Below are positions 28,132 through 37,670 of a DNA stretch of 64,000 bases, piece after piece. The stretch's first letter is position 1. The number at the start of each line of letters is the position of its first letter. A program made the translations under genes and the position numbers. The stretch is from Candidatus Bathyarchaeota archaeon (GTDB lineage: Archaea; Thermoproteota; Bathyarchaeia; Bathyarchaeales; Bathycorpusculaceae), in the NCBI GenBank assembly GCA_963733095.1, contig CAVTBV010000012.1, positions 224,001 through 288,000 of the forward strand. The letters are read 5' to 3'. The notes under the pieces are model-generated. The model saw nothing but the letters and a program-made list of their open reading frames with translations, searched no databases and was not told the DNA's origin.

Positions 28132-29198
28132 AGTTTCTGGTTCACAACGACTTTTCCGATGACTATCTTTTTTGGTATAGCTGAAATTGAAGTTTGCACT
28201 TTGAGGGTTTTTCGAACCTGATTAATCTCACGCAGTACACCGATGCCTAAAAACCTGGTTCCTTTACCGTAGATGCCGAGGAGGATGCCTTTTTCTGGTT
28301 CTTGATTTTTTGGTAGGGCGCTTCTGGGCTCGATTGTGACTTGACTCTTAGGGACGCATAGCAGCTTTGCATTTTTGAGGTATCTTAGATAAGTCATTTC
28401 TCGGAGAACCTTTCGTTTTTCGGGCGGTCTCTGTTTGAGAGCGAAAGATGGTTCAACCACCATTACGGGGGTTTCTAATGCTGCAATCAAAGGTGCAAGT
28501 TCATCTTGCGTTTGAATTCCTACAATAACGTCAGGTTTTAGCGCCTTGACCAAGTCAGATTTGTATTTAGCCGCAACCTCACCACTAACTAAGCCATCGG
28601 TATTAATCAAGACAAAATCGACTTGGCTACGCAGGATTTCTGCTTCCATAGCAGCTAAGCCCTCAATCGTTTTAGACATAGCTGTCACGGGCGAGGTAAC
28701 TCCAACAAAAAAAGCATTCTTCAGCTTCAAATTGTACAGTTGCGGTATGCGCTTAGAGGCAATTCCATAGCCAACAGTGGAAGATGGACCGATATCAGAT
28801 TGACCCACGTCACCATCTAAAACCGCAACTCTGCATTTTCCATCAACCAACTTATTAAACAAGTAAGTGCACAAGCTGCTTTTGCCGCAGTCAGCAGCTC
28901 CCAAAATTAAGGCAACCACAGGACGTTTTTGCACAGCCGAAATGGCTTCGACAGGTTTATCCCAAGAAGACGGATTTGTGTTACCCGTAGTTTCAGCTAA
29001 ACCTGAATTGGCGCCCAAGGAAACCTCAAATGTGGATTGTTCATTGATAAAAAAAGGCAGGCGCTTTCCTTCTCGAACGAGAACCCTCTGAGATTCTTTC
29101 AGGGGGTAGCCGAAAACTTCTGCCTTTCCTGAAACTAGCCTCACCGACGCTGGACCATCAACTAGCATGGTTTTATTGGCTTCTATTGTGTGCTGCAA
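28113..29198 (-). CDS. Clp1/Grc3-family polynucleotide 5'-hydroxyl kinase
   Basis: GAADCGKS, DGDVGQSDIGP, INTDG. Confidence 0.85.
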   Translation of the reverse strand: MQHTIEANKTMLVDGPASVRLVSGKAEVFGYPLKESQRVLVREGKRLPFFINEQSTFEVSLGANSGLAETTGNTNPSSWDKPVEAISAVQKRPVVALILGAADCGKSSLCTYLFNKLVDGKCRVAVLDGDVGQSDIGPSSTVGYGIASKRIPQLYNLKLKNAFFVGVTSPVTAMSKTIEGLAAMEAEILRSQVDFVLINTDGLVSGEVAAKYKSDLVKALKPDVIVGIQTQDELAPLIAALETPVMVVEPSFALKQRPPEKRKVLREMTYLRYLKNAKLLCVPKSQVTIEPRSALPKNQEPEKGILLGIYGKGTRFLGIGVLREINQVRKTLKVQTSISAIPKKIVIGKVVVNQKLQEVEA

Positions 29199-29829
29199 TT
29201 AGTTTTCTCCTTGGGGCAATTTTTCCAGTTCTTCCAGCTATGCGTGTGGCTGAGGAAATATGCCTGACTCCTCTGCTACGCTTGTTTTCTTTTAAAGGTT
29301 TGTTAGTTCCCGCCTCGCTCACAACTTCCAACACCACTTGAAGTGGCAAGCCATCATCCAGGTCTTCGAGCAGCTCCTTGTAAACTGGTACACCATTTCC
29401 AATCTTTAGGAAGACGCGGGTTACTGCAAGGTCAACGTTTTTGAGGACCTTAAGTATGCTGTCAATTACTTCTTTATTGCTAAAGCAGTTCCCTTCCTCA
29501 ATAACTTTTCCATCAGCCAACCCAACCAACCCTACTGCAACTCCAGGGTCTACGCCGAACACTATTTGTTTGTAGGCGTTCTTGCCCAAAAGTAGCACCT
29601 TAACCTGTTCAACTAAACCGTCAAGCGCATCTTCGCCTTTGAAAACCAAGATTCTCTTGTGAACCATCAAGTCTTTTTCTTGTTCAGTCGTTATGACCAA
29701 CATTATTTTGGCAGGTACTGATTCTCCAGGAACTAAACTGATGAAAGGAATGTTTTGTTCTTGTAATTTGTTGACTATGAGGAAGTAGGCTTTGCCTTGC
29801 ACTGTGGCGACAGCAACTTTTTCTTTCAT
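29173..29829 (-). CDS. Conserved hypothetical protein with RNase H-like (GVDPG) domain
   Basis: FGVDPG...G motif, KIGNG, VSEAGT. Confidence 0.6.
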   Translation of the reverse strand: MKEKVAVATVQGKAYFLIVNKLQEQNIPFISLVPGESVPAKIMLVITTEQEKDLMVHKRILVFKGEDALDGLVEQVKVLLLGKNAYKQIVFGVDPGVAVGLVGLADGKVIEEGNCFSNKEVIDSILKVLKNVDLAVTRVFLKIGNGVPVYKELLEDLDDGLPLQVVLEVVSEAGTNKPLKENKRSRGVRHISSATRIAGRTGKIAPRRKLIAAHNRSQ

Positions 29830-29905
29830 AAAGCAACCTTAAAGTATACGTTTAAGTGCAAAACACATTACTAGATTCAAGTTAATAATCCTTGACGTGT
29901 AGAGC

Positions 29906-30604
29906 ATGGTTAAAATCCCGACAGGTAGCAAATGCATCGACACAAACATCGGCGGAGGTATCTCACCTGAAACGGTCACGTTGATTTACGGTGAGCCTGA
30001 AAGTGGAAAATCAACACTTGCCATGCAGTGCGCTGTCAACTGCGCCGTCCAAAACTTCAAGGTGCTTTTTGTTGACTGTGACAACACTTTCTATGCTAAG
30101 AGGCTATCTCAGGTTTCAGGCGACCGCTTCGATGAGGTTGCTGAACGAATAATTTTAGTTAAACCAAAGGATTTCTGTGAGCAAACAGCACTCGTGGACC
30201 AAATCCAAGACTACACAAGCAACGTCGGTTTAGTCATCATCGACACTTTCACCTCGCTCTACGGCGCTAAAGTCTGTGAATCATCCGGCAAAGCCAAAGC
30301 ATTCGGCGTTAACCGCGAATTGAACAGGCAGTTGGCGATTTTGGCGCAGATCACAAAAATCCAGAAAATCCCAATTATAATAACAAGCCAAGTACGAAGC
30401 GTCTTCAACGACCAGAGCACAAGCGTTAGACCTGTCGCGACTAGGGTTTTGAAGTTCTGGGCAGACACTATAATCGCCCTAAAACCCACCCAGATTCCCC
30501 AAACAATCAAGGCCACGCTGGAGAAGGCACGGGAAATCCAAGCGGAAACAACATGTTATGTACAAATAGGAGAAAAGGGAATACAGGATACACAATTCCA
30601 ATGA
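29906..30604 (+). CDS. radB: DNA repair and recombination protein RadB
   Basis: IPTG...D..GGG, YGEPESGKST, IIDT; short RecA-family protein without N-terminal domain. Confidence 0.85.
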   Translation: MVKIPTGSKCIDTNIGGGISPETVTLIYGEPESGKSTLAMQCAVNCAVQNFKVLFVDCDNTFYAKRLSQVSGDRFDEVAERIILVKPKDFCEQTALVDQIQDYTSNVGLVIIDTFTSLYGAKVCESSGKAKAFGVNRELNRQLAILAQITKIQKIPIIITSQVRSVFNDQSTSVRPVATRVLKFWADTIIALKPTQIPQTIKATLEKAREIQAETTCYVQIGEKGIQDTQFQ

Positions 30605-30611
30605 CTAATGG

Positions 30612-31148
30612 TTGAACCCGATGGATATAGCTCTGCTGATAGTTGAAGTGATAAAGTTTATTTTCCCAGCCTACTGTGCCAACGCTACACCTGTGCTTGC
30701 TGGAGGTGGAACAAAGATGGATTTCGGCAGAAACTTTGCAGATGGCAAACGCATCTTTGGCAACAACAAAACTTTCCGAGGTTTCTTTTTCGGCTGGGGC
30801 GTCGGCATCGGTGTCGGGTTAGCAGAGGGCTTAGCTTTTGGTTTTCAAAGTTTTCCAGTTCTTTTCAGTTTGCTTATTCCTCTGGGTGCCCTTTTGGGCG
30901 ATTTGACGGGTGCTTTCATAAAACGCAGAATCGACATCGCACCAGGCGGTTTACTACCTATCGTTGACCAAATCGACTTTGTTGTGGGCGCGGTTGTGTT
31001 TTCGCTACCTTTAGCATTGACGGGTTGGCAACTGGGAGTGACACCGTTCTGGCAGATAGCAATCACAGCATTATTGATTACTCCACCTATCCATTTGTTC
31101 ACTAACTTCTTAGCCTACAAAATGAAGCTGAAGAAAAATCCATGGTAA
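30612..31148 (+). CDS. carS: CDP-archaeol synthase
   Basis: PAYCANATP, DGKRIFGNNKTFRG, GDLTGAFIKRR, DQIDF. Confidence 0.92.
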   Translation: MNPMDIALLIVEVIKFIFPAYCANATPVLAGGGTKMDFGRNFADGKRIFGNNKTFRGFFFGWGVGIGVGLAEGLAFGFQSFPVLFSLLIPLGALLGDLTGAFIKRRIDIAPGGLLPIVDQIDFVVGAVVFSLPLALTGWQLGVTPFWQIAITALLITPPIHLFTNFLAYKMKLKKNPW

Positions 31149-31200
31149 AATTAAAACATAGCAAAAATTTAAAAATGAAGAAAAATTTAGCGGTAAAAAA

Positions 31201-31656
31201 TTATTGTCCGCCACTTGCCTTGAAAGATATTGAGCCTTCCAAGAATATGTAAGATAACAGTAAGAACGTAACGCCTATGACTAACAGCATGTATGCTTGG
31301 CGTGGTTTATACGCGCTCTTTGTGCTCTGGTAAATAGCCAATAACCCAACGAAACCCAATGAATAGAGAATGACTGAAATTATAGTGTCTGAGATAAATT
31401 GATGGCTTATGTCGGGGTACAGGAAGTAAAAACGATTATTAACGTATGCTGAGGGTTGGTGAGCTGCGGCGTCGGGTCCGATGAGAGTATAGAGGCCTCC
31501 GCCGAAGAGAAAGATTGCATAGGCTAAACCCACAGTAGTAATTATGAATGCTGTAGGAGCGTTTGTGGTGATTTTGCGGAACCATCGGCTAAGCGAAAAC
31601 GACATGGATGAAGAACTTTTCTTTAGTTTACTTGTCATCTTTGGTCTCATCCTCAA
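31201..31656 (-). CDS. OST3/OST6-family (OSTC/DC2-like) oligosaccharyltransferase accessory subunit; start probably ATG 31638
   Basis: Three TM helices; FLFGGGLYTLI, FLYP..SHQFISD, LYSLGFVGL, MLLVIGVTFLLLSY resemble recalled DC2/OSTC pattern; near aglB. Confidence 0.6.
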   Translation of the reverse strand: MRMRPKMTSKLKKSSSSMSFSLSRWFRKITTNAPTAFIITTVGLAYAIFLFGGGLYTLIGPDAAAHQPSAYVNNRFYFLYPDISHQFISDTIISVILYSLGFVGLLAIYQSTKSAYKPRQAYMLLVIGVTFLLLSYIFLEGSISFKASGGQ

Positions 31657-31852
31657 TTAGGTACTTTGCTACATCTTTAGCCCATACTCCAGTTAATGAA
31701 TTTTTCTGAATCTCCACCAAATACTCCATCCAAGAAAACTCAGAGGCAGCACTCCATACCTCGAATTTCTCAAGCACATTGACGTAAGCCTGCAAATGCA
31801 ACTGGCAAAAACCATTCTTTTCTTCTTGCCTGCTACAAATTTTGCAAGTCAC
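31628..31852 (-). CDS. Small Zn-binding hypothetical protein
   Basis: CKIC...FCQLH; overlaps topA stop and next start (operonic). Confidence 0.65.
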   Translation of the reverse strand: MTCKICSRQEEKNGFCQLHLQAYVNVLEKFEVWSAASEFSWMEYLVEIQKNSLTGVWAKDVAKYLIEDETKDDK

Positions 31853-33936
31853 AGCTTAAGCGCTCCTTTGGTTGGGCAACTCGGACTTAGGCAAAGTTTC
31901 CAAGGTCGCCTACCCCGCAGATAAACGGCTATTACTGGTGAGCCACAGCTTTTGCAAACATTACTCAAGGGTTTAACCGTGCCAGTCTGCGGCAACGGAA
32001 AAGTAGTGTTGCATTTGCTTTCAAAATAATTCGTGCAACCCACGAAGCGTTTTCCAGTTTTTTTGGAGCGCAAAATCACCAGTTTCCCATCGCTGCATTT
32101 TGGGCATGAGCCGACGGTTCGTTCGTCGAGCCTATTTTTCTGGAGCGGTTGAGTTAGTTGGGCACCTATTTCTGCTTCTTTTTCCTTAAGCTCAGATGTG
32201 ACTATTTTTAGGGTTTCAGTAGCATTTTGCAACACATTTTGTTTTGTTTCTTTTCCTTGCTGGATTGCCTCCATTTTTTCTTCGAGTGCTCGAGTCATTT
32301 CTGAAGAGACTATTGTTGGGCAGTATTTTGTGAGGACTTCGATGACTTCGAAGCCCAAGTCGCTGACCGAGAGATTGTCTGTTCCGCGCAGGTATTTGCG
32401 GTCGTAGAGTGTTTGGATAGTAGCTGCCCGAGTGGCTTTAGTGCCTATTTCTTCTCTTTCCATTTTCAACAGTAAGCTACGAGGGTTGTATCGAGCCGGC
32501 GGTTTAGTGAAATGGGCCCTTAAAACGACTCGTTTAACGGCGACTTTTTGCCCTTGAATCAGGGGCGGCAGCGAAGCCTCTTTTGAGTGCACGTAGGGTT
32601 TGTAAAATCGCATCCACCCGTCCATCAACGTTCGCACGGCATTTAGAATGAAAAAGTTCCCGTTGATGTTGATTTTCACGTTGATGCTTTGTTGAATTGC
32701 TGGTTCGCCGAAAACCGCTAAAAAGCGTTTAACAATCAAATCCAAGATGTTTCTTTCCGCGGAGTCAAGGGGTTTTTCAGGCAGATTCCCTGTGGGGTAG
32801 ATGGCAGGGTGGGCGGGGTCATATTTTTTGCCCTCGTTAGGTTTCAAGGCAGGTTTGGAGAGGAGTTCAGCAGCGTGTTTAGCGTATACGGGTGCTTTTC
32901 CAAGTTTTTTGAGGATGTTTTTGTAGCCGATTGAGGGCGGAATCTTTTGGCTACTGGTTCTTGGGTAAGAAATCAAAGCATTCAGGTAAAGTCTTTGTGC
33001 GATACTTGAGGTACGCATGGGAGTGTACTTGAAGATGCGGTATGCTTCACTCTGTAGGGCGCCAAGGTCGAAGGGCACAGGGGGATTCTGCAAAAACTCT
33101 TTCACATCCACCGTTTCTATTTGACCTTCTTTTGTTTTGCACGAATCCTTTAATGCCATAGCTTGGGTTTTGTTTTCGAGGGTTTTTTGGTATTCAACGT
33201 CGAAATCGGAGTCGCCTATAGTTATTTTTGCGGTCAGAATCCAGTAGGGTGTGGGCACAAAGCAGTTTATGGTTTTTTCGCGGATTTCAACGAATCTCAA
33301 CGTGGGTCCTTGCACTCTTCCCGTGCTAAGGGTCGCATATTTTCCGCTGCAGTTTTTTGCTGCGGTGGTTAGGGCTCGTGAAAGGTTTATGCCGTATAAC
33401 CAATCAACTTCATGGCGGGTTAATCCTGCTTCGATTTGCGCAAAATCCAAAGTTGGCAACAGATGACTGTAGGATTCTTGGAGTTCTTCGCGGGTAAGGG
33501 TTGAGTACTTCATTCGTTTAGCCGACGCTTCTTTGTTGCCGCAGGCATACTTTAGGATGGTGTAGCCGATGATGCTGCCTTCAATATCAAAGTCGCAGGC
33601 ATCCACAAATCCTTCTGCATCAACAGCAAGCTGCGCGATGACTTTTAACCAAACCCGAATCCTTGAGACTCCGCGCTCAGCCAGATACCTTGGAACCCAC
33701 TGGTAATCTAACACTGGATAACCTCGTCCCTTCTGTTTGCTTGTAATTGTGTAAAGGTGTCCCAGCGCTGGAACTACTACTAAGTTGCAGTCTCGATATG
33801 CTTGGTAGTAGGGTACGCCGTTGCTGACCTTTTTTTGGGGTTTACCTTCAGCATCTAGCGCGGTTGCTATTCGGTTTGCCGCATCAGGTTTTTCAGTTAT
33901 GATCAAAGTGTATTTTCCCACTACTCTTAGCCACAC
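31849..33936 (-). CDS. topA: DNA topoisomerase I (type IA) with C-terminal Zn ribbons
   Basis: ITEKP, DFDIEG, GRVQGPTL, ISYPRT, IGTKATRA. Confidence 0.95.
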   Translation of the reverse strand: MWLRVVGKYTLIITEKPDAANRIATALDAEGKPQKKVSNGVPYYQAYRDCNLVVVPALGHLYTITSKQKGRGYPVLDYQWVPRYLAERGVSRIRVWLKVIAQLAVDAEGFVDACDFDIEGSIIGYTILKYACGNKEASAKRMKYSTLTREELQESYSHLLPTLDFAQIEAGLTRHEVDWLYGINLSRALTTAAKNCSGKYATLSTGRVQGPTLRFVEIREKTINCFVPTPYWILTAKITIGDSDFDVEYQKTLENKTQAMALKDSCKTKEGQIETVDVKEFLQNPPVPFDLGALQSEAYRIFKYTPMRTSSIAQRLYLNALISYPRTSSQKIPPSIGYKNILKKLGKAPVYAKHAAELLSKPALKPNEGKKYDPAHPAIYPTGNLPEKPLDSAERNILDLIVKRFLAVFGEPAIQQSINVKININGNFFILNAVRTLMDGWMRFYKPYVHSKEASLPPLIQGQKVAVKRVVLRAHFTKPPARYNPRSLLLKMEREEIGTKATRAATIQTLYDRKYLRGTDNLSVSDLGFEVIEVLTKYCPTIVSSEMTRALEEKMEAIQQGKETKQNVLQNATETLKIVTSELKEKEAEIGAQLTQPLQKNRLDERTVGSCPKCSDGKLVILRSKKTGKRFVGCTNYFESKCNTTFPLPQTGTVKPLSNVCKSCGSPVIAVYLRGRRPWKLCLSPSCPTKGALKL

Positions 33937-34057
33937 CTTAACAGTCCAAAGAGGATTTGCTGTTTAAAGGTTTACAGTAACATGTGATAAGCTGGGTTTT
34001 ATAATTTTTTAGCAACCATTAAATATACCACATCTATGTAAATACTGGGGAATTTGG

Positions 34058-34228
34058 GTGCCACAACGAGTTATTTGCCACGGTTGCAACCACATTTTAT
34101 ATGAAGGCAAAGACCTAAAACCACCAGACGAAATTATTACGCTGCATGGTGGAAAATGCCCGAAATGTAACAGAAAACTATCATTGTTACCCATGGATGT
34201 GGAAGTTAAACCTTTAAACAAACGTTGA
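34058..34228 (+). CDS. Small Zn-ribbon protein (56 aa, below ORF-track cut-off)
   Basis: GTG start; MPQRVICHGCNHILYEG..LKPPDEII...GGKCPKCNRKL. Confidence 0.7.
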   Translation: MPQRVICHGCNHILYEGKDLKPPDEIITLHGGKCPKCNRKLSLLPMDVEVKPLNKR

Positions 34229-34469
34229 GAACAACTTTTATGCTTCAAAGAGTTACGACCTAGTTTATTATTCTCAGAGTTGTTTTTAATTCACACAACT
34301 TAATTGAGTGACTTATATGCTGCAAATTCTTATTTAGGGCAACTCTGTGCCACGGTTCACGTAACTTAAGGCTTGAAGTCATCCTGGGGGGTTTTGGAAA
34401 GCCATAAATAAATCACCCATGTGTAAAATAGTACAATTGCAATATACGTTTGGAAGAGAGATGTCTTAA

Positions 34470-36761
34470 ATGGGCGAAGGAATTAAGGAAAGACTCGGTA
34501 GCTTATCAGTTTTTAGCAGGCTAAGACTTCAGGTAAGCCACAGTTCAATTATAGCTTTTGCAGCAATAATCATTATTCTGTTTGTTGCTTTTACAGTTCG
34601 TATTTTACCCCTACGCTGGGAAAACCTTACACAAGGAACTGCACTCCTAAACGAGTTTGACCCCTACTACCAATTCAGCATCACCCAACACATGGTACAA
34701 CACGGTTTACTTTCACCCTACTGGCCAACCCACTGGGTAAACACGATGAAATGGTATCCAGACGGATTAGACATGTCCACTTCGCTACCAGCCTTACCCA
34801 TGACAGCTGCGGTACTCTACCAAATTGTCTCATTCTTCGGCGCAAACATCGACTTAATGACATTCACCTCAATACTTCCAGCCGCCATAGCAGTTGTCTC
34901 CTGCCTCATTCTCTACTTCATCGGCAAAGACATGGGCGGAAAAACAGTTGGCTTATTCGCAGCGTTGTTCCTCGCGTTAGCGCCATCATTTTTACAGAGA
35001 AGCTCATTGGGATTCTTCGATACAGAAGTGCCCGGTGTTCTTGGATTGGTACTTTTCATATTCTTGTTCCTAAGGTCACTAGACGCCAACAGGTCCCTGC
35101 GCGGATCAATATTTTACTCTCTTGGTGCAGCGGCGGCTTTGGGTTATTTCATCGCAGGTTGGGGAGCAGCATACTACCTAATTGCCCTATCAGTCCTGTT
35201 CGTGTTTGTCCTAGTTCTACTAAAGAGATACACCCCAAGAATGCTGATTAACTACAGCATAACCTTCGGCTTAGCACTGTTTATCGGAACAAAAGTGCCC
35301 TACATCTCGCTTAGCTATCTGATTTCAGGTGCAGTCGTTCCAGTAGCCGCAGTGTTTATTGTGCTTGTAGTCGCAGAGATTCTGCGAAACAACGTATCCA
35401 TAAAAACCAAACTGTCAATGGCGATCGGAACATTGATAGTGGTTGTAGGCGGAATTACTGTTTTAGCATTAACCGATAAACTTGGCGGAATAACTGGAAA
35501 ATTCGTGACGGTATTAGATCCCTTCATCAGAGCTGCTTCGCCCCTCGTCGATTCAGTCGCAGAACAAAGAATCACGGCATGGGGAAACCTCTACCTTGAA
35601 TTCGGCGTAGCCATACTATTCTTCCTATTAGGAATGTACTTTGTTCTGAGAAACCCCACTAACAGAAACATCTTCTTGCTCCTATTCGCAGTAACTGGAC
35701 TCTACTTCGCAGCTTCAATGATTCGACTACTGGTCCTCTTCGCTCCAGCATTCGCCATAATAGCAGGCATCGGCATCATCAGCCTACTAAAGCCATTCTT
35801 CACCCTGCTGCAGGAAGCACCAAAAACTCTTGCCAAATCAAAGCGGAGAATGGCACGGGTAAGCAAGGAGTACAGCGGCGTTGCCGTATTCATCATCCTA
35901 ATGATTATGGTAACGAACTTGGCGTTTTCGCCACAAACAGGCGGAATGCCAAGAGCAATAGAGCAAGCTTATGTACCAACAGCAATCAGCGCTTCAAGCC
36001 TTCCAGTAGGCGGAGCAAGCCTAACAGGACCAGTAACCGCATGGCGCGAGGCACTACAGTGGATGCAAACTAACGTTGGCTCAACTAATGCTGTTGTAAT
36101 GTGGTGGGACTATGGAAACTGGTTAAGTGACCTTGGAAACGTAACTAGTTTAGCTGATAACACCACCACAAACGCCACCCAAATAGAGAACGTAGGGTTC
36201 ATATTCATGGGCAACGAGAACCAATCGATGACAATGCTCAGCAGTTATGGCCAGTCACGTGTACAGTACATCGCCGTCTTTGAAGTCCTCGGAATATCTC
36301 AATCCAGCAGCGGATCTTCATCATACGTTGCGAGCCCAGCAGGATACGGAGACGAAGGCAAATGGGTATGGATGGCAAGAATCTCGGGACAAGCAAAAGA
36401 CAGATTGATAAACGAAGGCTTCATGAATCCAGGAACAGCATGGACAGATGAAACTCAATTCGGCTCCAGCGACCCAACAACGGGCAGATGGCAATGGAAC
36501 GATCAAGGCTTAAACTGCACCGTATTCGAACTGCTCAACTTCGCAGAAGTAGACTACTGCAACACAATTACCGCCGCTACAAACAACCAAATCACCGTTA
36601 CCCCAGACCAAACAACCACCCTGCCAACCTACTTCCAAAAAGCATACTTCGCAGGCGAAAACATATCCCCAGGCCAATACGGCGGCTTAGTCCCCATAAT
36701 TGCAATCTACAAGATTGACTGGGCATCATACGACGCACAGATGGGCATAACTCCGCCCTAA
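34470..36761 (+). CDS. aglB: Oligosaccharyltransferase AglB (STT3 family)
   Basis: EFDPYY, GFFDTE, SVAEQ, WWDYG, DEGK motifs; many TMs. Confidence 0.95.
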   Translation: MGEGIKERLGSLSVFSRLRLQVSHSSIIAFAAIIIILFVAFTVRILPLRWENLTQGTALLNEFDPYYQFSITQHMVQHGLLSPYWPTHWVNTMKWYPDGLDMSTSLPALPMTAAVLYQIVSFFGANIDLMTFTSILPAAIAVVSCLILYFIGKDMGGKTVGLFAALFLALAPSFLQRSSLGFFDTEVPGVLGLVLFIFLFLRSLDANRSLRGSIFYSLGAAAALGYFIAGWGAAYYLIALSVLFVFVLVLLKRYTPRMLINYSITFGLALFIGTKVPYISLSYLISGAVVPVAAVFIVLVVAEILRNNVSIKTKLSMAIGTLIVVVGGITVLALTDKLGGITGKFVTVLDPFIRAASPLVDSVAEQRITAWGNLYLEFGVAILFFLLGMYFVLRNPTNRNIFLLLFAVTGLYFAASMIRLLVLFAPAFAIIAGIGIISLLKPFFTLLQEAPKTLAKSKRRMARVSKEYSGVAVFIILMIMVTNLAFSPQTGGMPRAIEQAYVPTAISASSLPVGGASLTGPVTAWREALQWMQTNVGSTNAVVMWWDYGNWLSDLGNVTSLADNTTTNATQIENVGFIFMGNENQSMTMLSSYGQSRVQYIAVFEVLGISQSSSGSSSYVASPAGYGDEGKWVWMARISGQAKDRLINEGFMNPGTAWTDETQFGSSDPTTGRWQWNDQGLNCTVFELLNFAEVDYCNTITAATNNQITVTPDQTTTLPTYFQKAYFAGENISPGQYGGLVPIIAIYKIDWASYDAQMGITPP

Positions 36762-36776
36762 GCAGGAAGCGCTACA

Positions 36777-37667
36777 GTGTTCCCAAAGGTCCCAGACCAG
36801 CATAAAGTTGGCCGACCTTTAATCCCCAACGGTTTAGGCGTTCTTTTTGTCCTAACCACCACCGTTTACCTTTTTTCGATTTACTTCTCAAACAGAGTCT
36901 TCAATCTAGGCTTGGATACATCGGTTAGCGGCGTCTCTGCTGCTTTGACCTTGGCAGTTTGCGTACTTTTCGGTGGATTCATGGGACTTCTCGACGATTT
37001 TATGGATTTGAAGTGGCGTTACAAGGCTTTCATGCCCCTGATTGCGGCATTGCCTTTAATGTACTACGTGTTTGAAGGTTTACAGATTGGCGCCATCCGA
37101 ACATCCATAGCGCTTCCTTTCGCTGGGTCTTTACATTTCGGCGCATATTACGTATTCCTCATTGTTCCGTTCATCGTCATGATTGTCACAAACACAGTTA
37201 ACCAGCTTGGTGGCTTAAACGGGCTTGAAACCGTTTGTCCTGCCATAGTTATATTGGGCTTGATGGCTTTTTCCCCTTCTTACATCCTAATGGTTGGACC
37301 CCTATTCTTCTGGCTAATCTTGGCTTTCTTCAATGTGCGAGGCAAGATTTTCGTAGGCAACGCAGGCTCATTTGCTATCGGAATAACAATAGCTTCATTC
37401 GCTGTGATTTCAGACCTAAAAGTAGACTTGTTAATTTCCATCTTGCCATTCATCTTTAACTCATCAATCATCCTCCTCGCTGTATTCTTCACGAAGAAAC
37501 GTGCAAAAGTCAAATTCGACGGAGTAAAACTCAGCTCCGACGCAAGAAAAAGTTTAGTTACAATAATCTGTTACCATCGCCCCTTAACCGAGAGACAGAT
37601 TGTTCAAATAATTGCAGTTATAGTTGCCCTCTTCACATTGTTGGGGGCACTAATCCAGTTTTTTTAA
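36777..37667 (+). CDS. UDP-GlcNAc:dolichyl-phosphate GlcNAc-1-phosphotransferase-like (MraY/GPT family)
   Basis: GLLDD, NTVNQLGGLNGL, IFVGNAGS; directly after aglB. Confidence 0.8.
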   Translation: MFPKVPDQHKVGRPLIPNGLGVLFVLTTTVYLFSIYFSNRVFNLGLDTSVSGVSAALTLAVCVLFGGFMGLLDDFMDLKWRYKAFMPLIAALPLMYYVFEGLQIGAIRTSIALPFAGSLHFGAYYVFLIVPFIVMIVTNTVNQLGGLNGLETVCPAIVILGLMAFSPSYILMVGPLFFWLILAFFNVRGKIFVGNAGSFAIGITIASFAVISDLKVDLLISILPFIFNSSIILLAVFFTKKRAKVKFDGVKLSSDARKSLVTIICYHRPLTERQIVQIIAVIVALFTLLGALIQFF

Positions 37668-37670
37668 TAA

